Position numbers and translations under genes: made by a program. From Candidatus Blackburnbacteria bacterium (GTDB taxonomy: Bacteria; Patescibacteriota; Microgenomatia; UBA8517; UBA10165), in assembly GCA_016183565.1 (NCBI GenBank), contig JACPEJ010000001.1, forward strand, positions 358,479-422,478: DNA of 64,000 bases, read 5' to 3'. Below, piece by piece: positions 47,168 through 56,702 of this stretch (the first letter of the stretch is position 1; every line of letters begins with the position of its first letter). A model generated the notes under the pieces. It was not told the origin of the DNA. It did no database searches and saw only the letters and a program-made list of their open reading frames with translations.

Positions 47168-48073
47168 CTACAAGCGGGAAACTTCCTCGGGATAGTCTGT
47201 GCAGAGATAGTCAGCTCCGGCTTGTTTGATTTGTTTGATTCTTGCCATAAGTGTAGGTAAATCTTTTGCATCTCTATGTGATTCTCCACCATAAAGTCCA
47301 GGAGAGGTTCCGTGCAGTTCGGGGGTTACAAGTGCTACGAAAAGTCCAGCGTTGTGGAGTTTTTCAAAAAATTCTGGGGTATATAGTTGCTTTGTTGTTC
47401 CATTCTCGCCTTGAGTATCCCACTCATCTCCCCATACCCCGTCAATTAGCCCTTTGGACCTTAATGCTAATGCTTCTTCCACAGATATCAGTGTGCCGCC
47501 TACAGAATCGTTGTAGCGGGCAATGTCGTAGGGGTGGGTAACAGAGGGAGCAAGCCTTATAGTTGGAAACTGTTTCTTTAGAGTTCTGGCAGTGTCTGGC
47601 TTTACATCAAAGATAATGAATTTACTAAATATGTCGGAATGTTTCGATAGTGCTTCCATAATTCTTTCGAGAGTCTCAGGGGTTTGGAAGCGTGCCTTAA
47701 GGTGCAAGGCGCTAATTGTGGAGTCGCTATTTCTTATTAAGTCCATTACTTCATCAAAGGTTGGGATTCTGCCGTTTGCAAGGGGGATTTGTGTAGTTTC
47801 GGCAGTTGTAACTTCTGCAACTGGGCGTTCATCTCTTCCACCAGTTGGCCTTTTAAGAGTGGCATCATGCATGACGATAATGCCGTCTTTTGTTGGATTT
47901 GGGTCGAATTCTATGCTGAAACCACGTTTCAGGTGGTTTTCGAAAGCCTCGAAACTGCTTTCTGAAAAAAAATTTGGCTTGCTTGGCTCAAGTCCTCTGT
48001 GGGTTATAACTCTTGCTTTGCCAATCGCTTCCTGTTCTTTTCTCTCCATGGATTTTCCTGATTCTGTGACCAC
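47168..48073 (-). CDS. Glycerophosphodiester phosphodiesterase (GDPD) family protein
   Basis: THRG, IEFD, MHDATL, IPTF.E and CTDYP motifs; start GTG 48073 or ATG 48049. Confidence 0.85.
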   Translation of the reverse strand: MVTESGKSMERKEQEAIGKARVITHRGLEPSKPNFFSESSFEAFENHLKRGFSIEFDPNPTKDGIIVMHDATLKRPTGGRDERPVAEVTTAETTQIPLANGRIPTFDEVMDLIRNSDSTISALHLKARFQTPETLERIMEALSKHSDIFSKFIIFDVKPDTARTLKKQFPTIRLAPSVTHPYDIARYNDSVGGTLISVEEALALRSKGLIDGVWGDEWDTQGENGTTKQLYTPEFFEKLHNAGLFVALVTPELHGTSPGLYGGESHRDAKDLPTLMARIKQIKQAGADYLCTDYPEEVSRL

Positions 48074-48079
48074 GAGGGT

Positions 48080-48108
48080 ATTTTACCCTGTAACCATTAC
48101 TAAGTCTA
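48080..48108 (-). promoter_or_regulatory. Promoter TAGACT-17-TAAAAT, GTG 6 nt downstream
   Basis: Motif spacing. Confidence 0.55.
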
Positions 48109-48293
48109 TCACAAACAAAGACACGTCTTTATAAGTCTTGATGGCAGCATCTTTGATTTTAAGGGTAGGTTGAAATTTCATGACATAAAATTTTAGAAAT
48201 TCATATTTATGATATTTTCGTCCACAGCAAAGGGTTGACAAAGTTTACGCATTGAATTAATAATGGGTTAATTTCTGAACTAATTTTTAATTT

Positions 48294-50252
48294 ATGAAAA
48301 TGGAAAAGGGCCTTCTGGCCATAATCGGGATATACACATTATTGATCCTGTTGATGTTGCCCTTAAGGGAGGTGGGCTATCATATGGACTTTGCCTATCA
48401 TCACGCTGTTGGAGATTTCCTTGAATCAGGCATTCTTAAAAACCACACAGCCGTTGTACCAAGTTTCATTTTACAAGAAGTGTGGGGAGCACTATTTAGT
48501 TATTTATTGGGATTTTCATATAAGACTCTTCATATATCAGTTATAGTTTTATTCTTCTTCGGCATAGTAGCCTTTTATAAAGCATTAAGAGAACTCAACT
48601 TAAGTGAGGTTAGGTCAGTAGTTTTTACCACCACATTGTTGGTTTTTCCACATCTTCTACGTTTTATATTCACTTTCATGACCAATATTCCTCATCTTTC
48701 TCTTCAACTGGTTTCTTTGCTTTTTGGAATTTGGGCGATAAAAAGGAACTCTTGGCGTTATGCCTTTAGCTCGAGCGCATTCGGCATGCTTGCGTTTTTA
48801 ATAAGAAATTTTAGTATCGTTTTTCCGATTTCTTTATTTATCGTGTTTGCCATAAAATCGTATTATGATAAAAAGTTTTATTTTAAACATTTACTTGCAA
48901 TTGCTATTCCTGCACTGTTTATTACTTCTGCCTATTATTACTGGCTGATTGTCGGTGACAACATTACCTCAGGGCAATATCACTTCGTATACAACAACCT
49001 AGAAGAAACTAAGCGCCATCTGTTCCCTCCAAATTTACGTGCAGTGGCAACATATTATCATTCATATATTGGCTATTACTACCGTGTTAGTCTTTTTGTT
49101 CTTCTACTCTTCACGATCCTACTACCGCTTGTCATGATGTTTAAAATTCCAAAGCTTGATACCATAAAAAGAAACAAAGGTTTTCTATTACGCACATTCT
49201 TCATAGGCTCTGTACTTTTCGCACTCATCTATATAAAGCTAATTGCAGATCATGGAATAAGACTTGAAGGAGCATACTGGCGAGTTTATCTACCATTAAT
49301 TGGACCAATCTCTTGGGGACATGCCCTCTATCGTTACGTCAGTGACAATATTTACTACGACGTGAACAATTGGGCTAGGGCGATTCTATTATTTTTATCC
49401 TACGCTACACTTCCATTGGCAATTTTTGCAGGAGGGGTAATGATTTATAAAACGCACTTGATGTTTTTCGAGTTTAAGAAAATTAGGAATTTTTTTAACA
49501 ACAAACTATTTATTGGCATTCTTGTGATTGCAGGTTTAATATTTCGAAAACAACTTGTTGAATTACTTTATGTTTATCACGAGTCTGCACGAGACGCTTT
49601 CGGGTTTTGGGTCTTCTGGACTATAATTCTTGCTGTTTTTATACATACGTTTGTATTTCGGCCTAGGAAAAAGTTAATCTCACCAGACGCTTTTTTTACT
49701 TTGTTCTTTTCATTATCTCTCGTTTTTCAATTATTTATGTTAATGATATACGACACTGGGTTAGATTTTGAGTATATGTTTCCGCTATTTCCACTTGCAA
49801 TCCTTATTTTTGCTATCGTCTTTAGAGAAGCGCCTCTCAGTCCCATACGCGCAACCATAATTACAATAGTGCTTGTTGTAATTGGATTACATTGGGCAAG
49901 GAGGGATTATCAAATACCGGGTATTTTTTGGGAAAAGTCTGTGCAAATTATTAATAACGGAATAGTTGAACCAAGAAATGTTGAGCAATTTACTTGGGCA
50001 TGGCTTCCATACTTTTATTATGAAGATGGATACAAGCTAGAATTAGCAAAAAGAGGTGGAGATAGAAAAAAAGTTTTGTTGCACACATGGAGGGAGGTGC
50101 CACATCTTGATCCAGACCTTAACAAACCATTCTTAGTTCATCAAGAGTGCAGGAAAGTTAATTGGTCTGAAGGAGATCCTAAAATTATCGATCGTACTTA
50201 CGAAAGAAGTTTATTTATAAACACGGAATTCTGCCACATAATGAAGAACTAG
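48294..50252 (+). CDS. GT-C-fold membrane glycosyltransferase
   Basis: YHMDFAY loop 1, FTFMTNIP and AFLIR motifs; many TMs; TTGACA at 48235 upstream. Confidence 0.7.
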   Translation: MKMEKGLLAIIGIYTLLILLMLPLREVGYHMDFAYHHAVGDFLESGILKNHTAVVPSFILQEVWGALFSYLLGFSYKTLHISVIVLFFFGIVAFYKALRELNLSEVRSVVFTTTLLVFPHLLRFIFTFMTNIPHLSLQLVSLLFGIWAIKRNSWRYAFSSSAFGMLAFLIRNFSIVFPISLFIVFAIKSYYDKKFYFKHLLAIAIPALFITSAYYYWLIVGDNITSGQYHFVYNNLEETKRHLFPPNLRAVATYYHSYIGYYYRVSLFVLLLFTILLPLVMMFKIPKLDTIKRNKGFLLRTFFIGSVLFALIYIKLIADHGIRLEGAYWRVYLPLIGPISWGHALYRYVSDNIYYDVNNWARAILLFLSYATLPLAIFAGGVMIYKTHLMFFEFKKIRNFFNNKLFIGILVIAGLIFRKQLVELLYVYHESARDAFGFWVFWTIILAVFIHTFVFRPRKKLISPDAFFTLFFSLSLVFQLFMLMIYDTGLDFEYMFPLFPLAILIFAIVFREAPLSPIRATIITIVLVVIGLHWARRDYQIPGIFWEKSVQIINNGIVEPRNVEQFTWAWLPYFYYEDGYKLELAKRGGDRKKVLLHTWREVPHLDPDLNKPFLVHQECRKVNWSEGDPKIIDRTYERSLFINTEFCHIMKN

Positions 50253-50278
50253 AAACGATAGAAACCGCATTTGCAATA

Positions 50279-51085
50279 ATGAGATTAGCAAAACCCCCTA
50301 AGTTAGATGTTTCGGATTGGCAAGTACCACCTTATAAAATTAACCAATTCCGTCCCAAACGCACAGAATATTGTGTTTGTATTCCGGTCATAAATGAGGG
50401 TACGAGGTTAAAAAAACAACTGGATCGAATGCGCCCTTTTTCAAAAGATATTGACATCATAATTTCGGACAAAGGGAGTTCAGATGGCTCAACTGATCCT
50501 AAGTTTCTAAGATCTAAGAATGTGAGAGCATTAATAACCCTAACAGGGCAAGGGCGACAGGGGTCACAATTGAGAGCCGGTTCTTCATTCGCGATAAAGG
50601 ACGGTTATCAAGGCATTATTATTTTAGATGGAAATAATAAAGATGGAGTTGAGGCTATACCCAGTTTTATTAAAAAGCTAGAAGAAGGTTACGACTATAT
50701 CCAAGGGTCTCGCTTTGCCAGAGGAGGAAAACACGCGAATACCCCCATGTCACGGTTTTTAGGAATTCGATTTGTGGCATCACCATTATTAAGCCTTGCT
50801 GCAGGTTACTGGTATACAGATGTTACCAATGGCTTTCGGGGGGTAAGTAAAAAATACATACTTCACCCTCGACTTAAACCGTTTAGAGATGAGTTTGTTG
50901 GGTATGAGTTTTTGATGTATTTAACAGTCAGGGCTAAACGTTTAGGTCTTAAAACTTTGGAGATACCAGTAAACAGGGTTTACCCAAGAGGAATGACTCC
51001 TACAAAAATAGTTGGTATTAGAAACAAACTTGACATGCTTTTAAAATTATTTAAAGTAGTGCTTGGGCATTTTAATCCAAATTGA
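50279..51085 (+). CDS. GT2 DPM1-like glycosyltransferase
   Basis: IPVINEG, DGNNKD, QGSRF and TDVTNGFRG motifs. Confidence 0.85.
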   Translation: MRLAKPPKLDVSDWQVPPYKINQFRPKRTEYCVCIPVINEGTRLKKQLDRMRPFSKDIDIIISDKGSSDGSTDPKFLRSKNVRALITLTGQGRQGSQLRAGSSFAIKDGYQGIIILDGNNKDGVEAIPSFIKKLEEGYDYIQGSRFARGGKHANTPMSRFLGIRFVASPLLSLAAGYWYTDVTNGFRGVSKKYILHPRLKPFRDEFVGYEFLMYLTVRAKRLGLKTLEIPVNRVYPRGMTPTKIVGIRNKLDMLLKLFKVVLGHFNPN

Positions 51086-51086
51086 T

Positions 51087-51650
51087 ATGGCAAGAAACAT
51101 TCTGAGCTTTACTCAAAAATTCAGAAGTTCTTTGATAACAAGAACATACAAAAATTGGTTGAAAAGAAATGAGAAGGTTTTAGATGTCGGATGTGGAACT
51201 GGTGTGGTGTCAGAATATCTCGCTTCGCATTTTAACGTTACAATTACTGGTTGTGATATAAACAACCACTTGAGTAGAGATATAAAGTTTGTGAAGATGG
51301 CATATAAAGATAAGCTACCATTACCCAAAAACAGCTTTGATACTGCTATGCTTAATGATGTTTTACACCACGTAGAGTGGGATGATCAAGAAAGACTATT
51401 AAGAGAAGCGCTTCGGGTAAGCAAGAAAGTACTATTATTTGAAGTGCAACCAACTCTTGTGGGCAAGTTGTGTGATTATCTTCTCGGGAAAATTTACTAC
51501 AAGAATATGTTGATACCATTTACTTTTCGAACATCTGCGGAATGGAAAATCTTATTTAAAAAGTTACCTGTCAAGAGATTGAAAACCAAATACGTACATA
51601 GACCTTTTTTTTATCCTTTTTCACACATTGCGTTCTGTTTAGAGAAATAG
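51087..51650 (+). CDS. Class I SAM methyltransferase (type 11)
   Basis: LDVGCGTG, DVLHH and EALRV motifs. Confidence 0.85.
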   Translation: MARNILSFTQKFRSSLITRTYKNWLKRNEKVLDVGCGTGVVSEYLASHFNVTITGCDINNHLSRDIKFVKMAYKDKLPLPKNSFDTAMLNDVLHHVEWDDQERLLREALRVSKKVLLFEVQPTLVGKLCDYLLGKIYYKNMLIPFTFRTSAEWKILFKKLPVKRLKTKYVHRPFFYPFSHIAFCLEK

Positions 51651-51674
51651 CCTAGCTAAGTTCAAAAGTCAAGG

Positions 51675-51704
51675 TTGCACACTTGGTGAAAATAGCCTTA
51701 TACT
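51675..51704 (+). promoter_or_regulatory. Promoter TTGCAC-18-TATACT, ATG 7 nt downstream
   Basis: Motif spacing; no SD. Confidence 0.6.
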
Positions 51705-51711
51705 CATTCTC

Positions 51712-52971
51712 ATGTTAGATCTTTCAAGTAAACCTAGTGTTAATGGAGCAAAGCATTGGTGTGAAGAAATAAACCAGCTTTATCATCCGACAGGTGTTTT
51801 TGAACAGGATTCTCAGGACTTGGTTTATTCATTTGGAAATTTAAATTCTACGAAGTTTGTTCCTATTCTTCTTAAGGAGTGGTTTTATCTTCTTAAAAAG
51901 GATGGGTATTTAGTAGTTGATTATCTTCCAAACAAAACATGTAATTTTCAAAAACTGGAAGAACAGATGTGGTGGCTTTGGAAGATGAAGTATAACATTA
52001 TTTACCATGGGTATGTAAGTACAAAGGAACTGAAGAACAAAAAAACTGAAGGACTTATAAATTTTGTGAAGAACGCCCCGAGTCAAGCGAATCCTTCCGA
52101 GGAAGATGGCAGCTACTTTAGGTTTGTCTGCAAAAAGTTGGTGTCAACCAAGATACCAGGAGACGATATAAACAAATGGACGTTTGGTATGATAACCAAA
52201 GGCGAAAGGAATGAATGGATAGAGGAGATTATTCAGGCAATTCACAAACAAAAAGTTCCTCAGTATGAGATTATAGTATGCGGGACTTATCATGGTAGGA
52301 AAGAGAGGAATTTTATATATATTCCTTTTAAAGAAAGAGATGATAAAGGTTGGATTACAAAAAAGAAGAATTTAATTGTAAGACAAGCAAGATATGAGAA
52401 TCTTTGTATTCTGCATGACAGGATAGTCTTAGGAGATGATTGGTTTAAAGGAGTAAAAAAGTATGGCAATTGCTTTGAGCTTATGTGCGTTAAACAAACT
52501 CTTCGTGGTAGCAGCCTAAGAACAGGCGATTGGATTACTTATGGCGGGAGTACGTTAGACATGCCTTACGGGATTTCAAAGTTAGATTACGAGGATTGGG
52601 ACGAATATGTATATGTTGGGGGGATGCTTACAATTCTTAAAAAGCATATCGCTCTTGAGGCTCCTTGGGATGAAACACGTTATTGGGGAGAGTTCGAAGA
52701 TGTTGAATTAACCTTTAGACAAAGGGATTTGGGATTCCTTGCCCGATTTAATCCTTACTCATCTGTCGAGGCGTTGTCATGGAGGTTTGGCGATCTGCCT
52801 TTAAAGTATTACCCCTCAGAGGGTTTTTTGCCGAAAGACATGTTAATGCGTCGCTTAATGCGGCAGTTAAATAAGGCTCTTTTTTCTGTGTCTATCTTAA
52901 AGATGATATTTTTTCCTCTGATTAATCGACTTGTACGGTCTCGGATTTACAACTTTTTGACACAACATTAG
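51712..52971 (+). CDS. Fusion of a methyltransferase-like fragment and a GT-A (GT2-like) domain
   Basis: LLKEWFYLLKKDGYL in N-terminal part; YEIIVCG, GWITKKKN, LHDRI and EDVE in C-terminal part. Confidence 0.6.
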   Translation: MLDLSSKPSVNGAKHWCEEINQLYHPTGVFEQDSQDLVYSFGNLNSTKFVPILLKEWFYLLKKDGYLVVDYLPNKTCNFQKLEEQMWWLWKMKYNIIYHGYVSTKELKNKKTEGLINFVKNAPSQANPSEEDGSYFRFVCKKLVSTKIPGDDINKWTFGMITKGERNEWIEEIIQAIHKQKVPQYEIIVCGTYHGRKERNFIYIPFKERDDKGWITKKKNLIVRQARYENLCILHDRIVLGDDWFKGVKKYGNCFELMCVKQTLRGSSLRTGDWITYGGSTLDMPYGISKLDYEDWDEYVYVGGMLTILKKHIALEAPWDETRYWGEFEDVELTFRQRDLGFLARFNPYSSVEALSWRFGDLPLKYYPSEGFLPKDMLMRRLMRQLNKALFSVSILKMIFFPLINRLVRSRIYNFLTQH

Positions 52972-52972
52972 T

Positions 52973-53854
52973 ATGGGTGAAAAATTTGACTACGACAAGG
53001 TTTTTATGGGAGTTACCCCTGGAAAGAGAAAAGATTACCACCTTTCCGTCAAAGATGATTACCGGCTTGAGCATTTAACAGAAGCTGTTAGGGGTAAATT
53101 TGGAAAGCTTATAGATTTAGGCTGCGGTGGAGGGCTCCTTACCGAAAGTCTTGTTTATTATTATCCCAAAACGAAGATATACGGTTGCGACGTCAGTAGG
53201 ACAGCAATTTCCTATGCAAAAAAGTTTGGAAGTGGAAAAGTGGTGTACAATGTTATAAAAAGTAAGAAACTTCCGTATAAAAACAATTTTTCTGACGTTT
53301 GCATATGCTTAGACGTGTTAGAGCACGTACCGGATGTTGATTTTTTTCTTAAGGAAGTTAAAAGAATTCTCAAAAAGGATGGTAGGTTTTTTTTGATTGT
53401 TCCTTGCGAGGGACAGCCTTTTACATACACGTGGCTTTTTCAGAAAATAAAAAGAGGAGATAAGTTAACACAAAAAAACTGGGGACATATCCATCCGGAG
53501 TTTACACACAAAAACATTGAAGACCTTTTGATAAAACATGAATTTTTTATCGAGAGAAAAACTTATGGTGATCACATTTTCTATCAACTTTTTAATCTTC
53601 TTCCTTACTTCCTCGTCAAAGAAATTATGGATCTAGTTTTGGGCAAGAATGCACAAAAGTATTATGACCGTGGTATCGTTGATAGGGTGGTTAAGCAAGA
53701 AAGAAATACTGATATATTCGATTTGATTCGGGGAACATGGCTCTTTTGGGGAGGCATTTTAAGCCGAGCCATAATAAGCACCGAAATGCACCTTCTAAAA
53801 AAAGTACCTTTTACCGCTTGGAAAATATTTATATATAGTGGTATAAGTAAATAA
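52973..53854 (+). CDS. Class I SAM methyltransferase
   Basis: IDLGCGGG, DVLEHV and RILKKDG motifs. Confidence 0.85.
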   Translation: MGEKFDYDKVFMGVTPGKRKDYHLSVKDDYRLEHLTEAVRGKFGKLIDLGCGGGLLTESLVYYYPKTKIYGCDVSRTAISYAKKFGSGKVVYNVIKSKKLPYKNNFSDVCICLDVLEHVPDVDFFLKEVKRILKKDGRFFLIVPCEGQPFTYTWLFQKIKRGDKLTQKNWGHIHPEFTHKNIEDLLIKHEFFIERKTYGDHIFYQLFNLLPYFLVKEIMDLVLGKNAQKYYDRGIVDRVVKQERNTDIFDLIRGTWLFWGGILSRAIISTEMHLLKKVPFTAWKIFIYSGISK

Positions 53855-53856
53855 CA

Positions 53857-55428
53857 ATGCTCAAAAAGTTGTCCTCAAATACCTATATTCACATTATTTT
53901 AGTTTTTGCGGTTGCGGTCCTTGCTTTTCTTCCGACACTTAAAATGTACTTTTATATGGATGAATGGGGGAATCTATATGAGTGGACTCATAACTATGAA
54001 TATAAATACTCCGTTTTTCCAGGAGAGGTTTTTCATTTTCTTTTTAAAACTTTTGGTCTTAACGCGACAGGGTATTATGCAACTGGGCTTTTGGTCTATG
54101 CCCTCTCGGTGGTCATTTTCTATCTCTTCGTAAGTCGGTTGTTGAGAAATAAATTGTTGGGGTTTATCGCAGGTTTGGTTTATGCAACCTGTCCTATTGG
54201 GATAAATACTGTACAAATGGTATGGACATATGTAGCAGAAGGTGGCTACCCACTTACAGTTGCACTTCTAACTCTGCTTTATTTAATTGTTGGGTACTTT
54301 CAAGAAAAAAAGATTTACTATTTTATTTTGGCTGCTGTATGTTTTTTGCTTTTCTTAGAATTTGAGCCAAGGCGTGTTTTTCTATTTCTACCGCTGCTGT
54401 TTCTTTTTGATTATTTTTACAATTACAAAAAAATTATTCCTAGCGTTGGATTCTTCCTGCGGCAAGCAACATTTTTCCTTATCTTTGTTGCTTATTACAG
54501 ATACAATGTTACGTTGTCTAACATAATACTTCATAGTGGTGTGGCATTTTGGTCTGGTGCATCGACTTTTGATTGGCAGACTAAAGCAAATTTCAGCAAG
54601 GTGGCGCTCACGAGCCCAGAGCCATTAATAAGCTTAACAAACATTCTTCTTGCGGGACCTTGGATATTCCTAAGCGAACGTCTGAAAGGACATGTCGACC
54701 TTGTGGATATAAAGCAAGTCTACCAGGTTGTAGTTATAACTCTTGCTGCTGTTGTCGCGATAATTGCAATAGCCTTAAAAACTAAAAAACAGTGGGGACT
54801 ACTTTTATTATTCTCGTTGGGATGGATATACGCAAATATTTTAGGTTTTTATATCTTTAGCTCGCCTGGTGTGAATGATGCACCGCATAGATATCTGTCT
54901 CTTGCTGCTCCAGGCTATGCCCTCTTTGTTACGCTTTCCATTACTTCTTTATATGCATTTTTTGTAAGGAGGAATAAAAAAGCCAAGCCAAAACTTAAAA
55001 AGGTGTTTGCAGCTTTATTGTTTGGCATTATAGCAGTAAACTTTTTGGCAACCAAGATCAATTTCGATAAATTTAATGATTTTCATGGAACCCCTGCACG
55101 TGCATTTTATAAAGATTTAAAGAATTTTTACCCGACATTCCCGTCTGATTCTCTTATTTATTTTGAAACACCACCAAGTGCAGCGATTAAGTATAAGTTG
55201 AGCAGAATCTACGGGGGAAATAACTATGGTATTGCTGCAACCATAGCTGTTTTTTATCCTGAGAGGAAGAAGGAAGAACTCCAAGTCGTTCGTGATTATG
55301 TATTGGTCGAAAAATTTATTGGTAATGATTCAACAAAAATTGACCGCGTTTTTGCATTCTACTATGACAAGACTGGCTTGCAAAATAAAACAGAAGAAAC
55401 AAGAGCAAAATTAAGAGAGAAGATTTAA
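53857..55428 (+). CDS. GT-C-fold membrane glycosyltransferase
   Basis: FYMDEW after TM1, FGLN..GY and HRYLS motifs; soluble C-terminal domain. Confidence 0.65.
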   Translation: MLKKLSSNTYIHIILVFAVAVLAFLPTLKMYFYMDEWGNLYEWTHNYEYKYSVFPGEVFHFLFKTFGLNATGYYATGLLVYALSVVIFYLFVSRLLRNKLLGFIAGLVYATCPIGINTVQMVWTYVAEGGYPLTVALLTLLYLIVGYFQEKKIYYFILAAVCFLLFLEFEPRRVFLFLPLLFLFDYFYNYKKIIPSVGFFLRQATFFLIFVAYYRYNVTLSNIILHSGVAFWSGASTFDWQTKANFSKVALTSPEPLISLTNILLAGPWIFLSERLKGHVDLVDIKQVYQVVVITLAAVVAIIAIALKTKKQWGLLLLFSLGWIYANILGFYIFSSPGVNDAPHRYLSLAAPGYALFVTLSITSLYAFFVRRNKKAKPKLKKVFAALLFGIIAVNFLATKINFDKFNDFHGTPARAFYKDLKNFYPTFPSDSLIYFETPPSAAIKYKLSRIYGGNNYGIAATIAVFYPERKKEELQVVRDYVLVEKFIGNDSTKIDRVFAFYYDKTGLQNKTEETRAKLREKI

Positions 55429-55453
55429 ACTCTCGGCTTGTACATTTCTCACA

Positions 55454-56670
55454 CTACAAACCCATTTTTTTCAAGGCCTGAGAGTAGGTATTTTCCCATG
55501 TGTTGTCTGTTGCTCGTTTTATTGCGTTTTTCCGCATTTTTAAATAGGTTTTCTTGTCTTTTAATAGTTTTAATACAGCTTCAGCTTGCTCTTGGGGATT
55601 ATCTTTTGCAATTACTCCAGCCTCGTCCCTTTCAATCTCTTTTCCCAAGGGCGGTACTTGGGTTGTGATAACCGGTACACCTGCGGCAAGGTAAAGCCTT
55701 ATCTTCGTAGCATCGGCCCACCATCTGGGAGAGCCAGGTACTGCAAGATAAGGTGCAAGTCCGATTGCATACATACTTGTCTCTTTTGAGAGTTTAACTT
55801 GGTTGGATATGAAACCATGAAATATAACTTTATTGTTCAGTTTGAGTTTTTCGGTTAACTTCTTTAATCTTGTCATGTCTGGTTCGCCACTCCCGTAAAT
55901 GTGGAGTGATGTGCTGGGAATAGATTTTAACACTATTTTTAATGCTTTAATTGCAAGGTCAGGTCCGTTTATTTTGCCTAGAGTTCCCACAAAAACTAAA
56001 CTGTTGGGAATTATGCGAGATGTAGGAAGGTAATTTATTTGTTTGGGGAATAATGCATTTGGCACATGGATAACCGGTGTTGCTTTTTGAGGGTCAAGAC
56101 CAACTTTTATTCTTGCGGGCATCATGGCAAGTGAGACGTCCCAAATAAAGTCCGAGTGTGTCGCGGCATACCGATCAAGCCAAAGATAGAGGTCGTTAAA
56201 CCATTTGGGCTTGTATCTTTCTGGTGAATAGTCCGACACGTAATAAACCACTCTCCTAACTTTTCTTAGTTTTCGCAGAACAATACCTGCAAGCGCGTTG
56301 ATGGATTCCAAACCTATGAACAAGTCATATTTTTTACCTTCTAATAAAACGTACTCTAATACGGAAAAAAAATCGCGGATCTTGAAGATAACTGATGTTT
56401 CCGGTGTGTTGATAAATTTTAAAAAAGGATATAGAAGATATGAGGTTATGAAGTTTCGGGATCGTTTAATTAATTTGTTGTGTTGGTAGACCTCGAGAAA
56501 TGGGATAACGGAATCGCTTCCTGGATGTGGCTGCTCAATTAAAACAAATTTTTTGCTTTCGGAGCAAAGAACAAACTGAGAGGTTCTATCATGCCGTTGG
56601 TGGCTGTCCTCTCACTATTTGTTCGTACTGAGAAAGTTGCGAAGAGTATTGAACTTATTTTTTTTGCCAT
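55454..56670 (-). pseudogene. Frameshifted GT4 glycosyltransferase
   Basis: ATG at 56670 reads MAKKISSILF..APKAKNLF*; the shifted frame continues KFVLIEQPHPGSD..YDLFIGLES..ATKIRLYLAAGVPV; probable break at the A6 tract 56549-56554. Confidence 0.75.
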
Positions 56671-56683
56671 TTAAACTTCAAAG

Positions 56684-56691
56684 AGTATACT
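56684..56691. promoter_or_regulatory. Palindromic AGTATACT giving TATACT -10 boxes on both strands
   Basis: Lies in a 32-bp divergent gap, 11 and 13 nt from the two ATGs. Confidence 0.5.
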
Positions 56692-56702
56692 TCAAGTATA
56701 TT

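Noticed and set aside
47592-48134. 180-aa plus-strand ORF
   Set aside because: Antisense shadow of the GDPD gene; no motifs
48083-48181. 32-codon minus-strand ORF MKFQPTLKIKDAAIK..
   Set aside because: No recognisable similarity; overlaps the predicted GDPD promoter; could be chance
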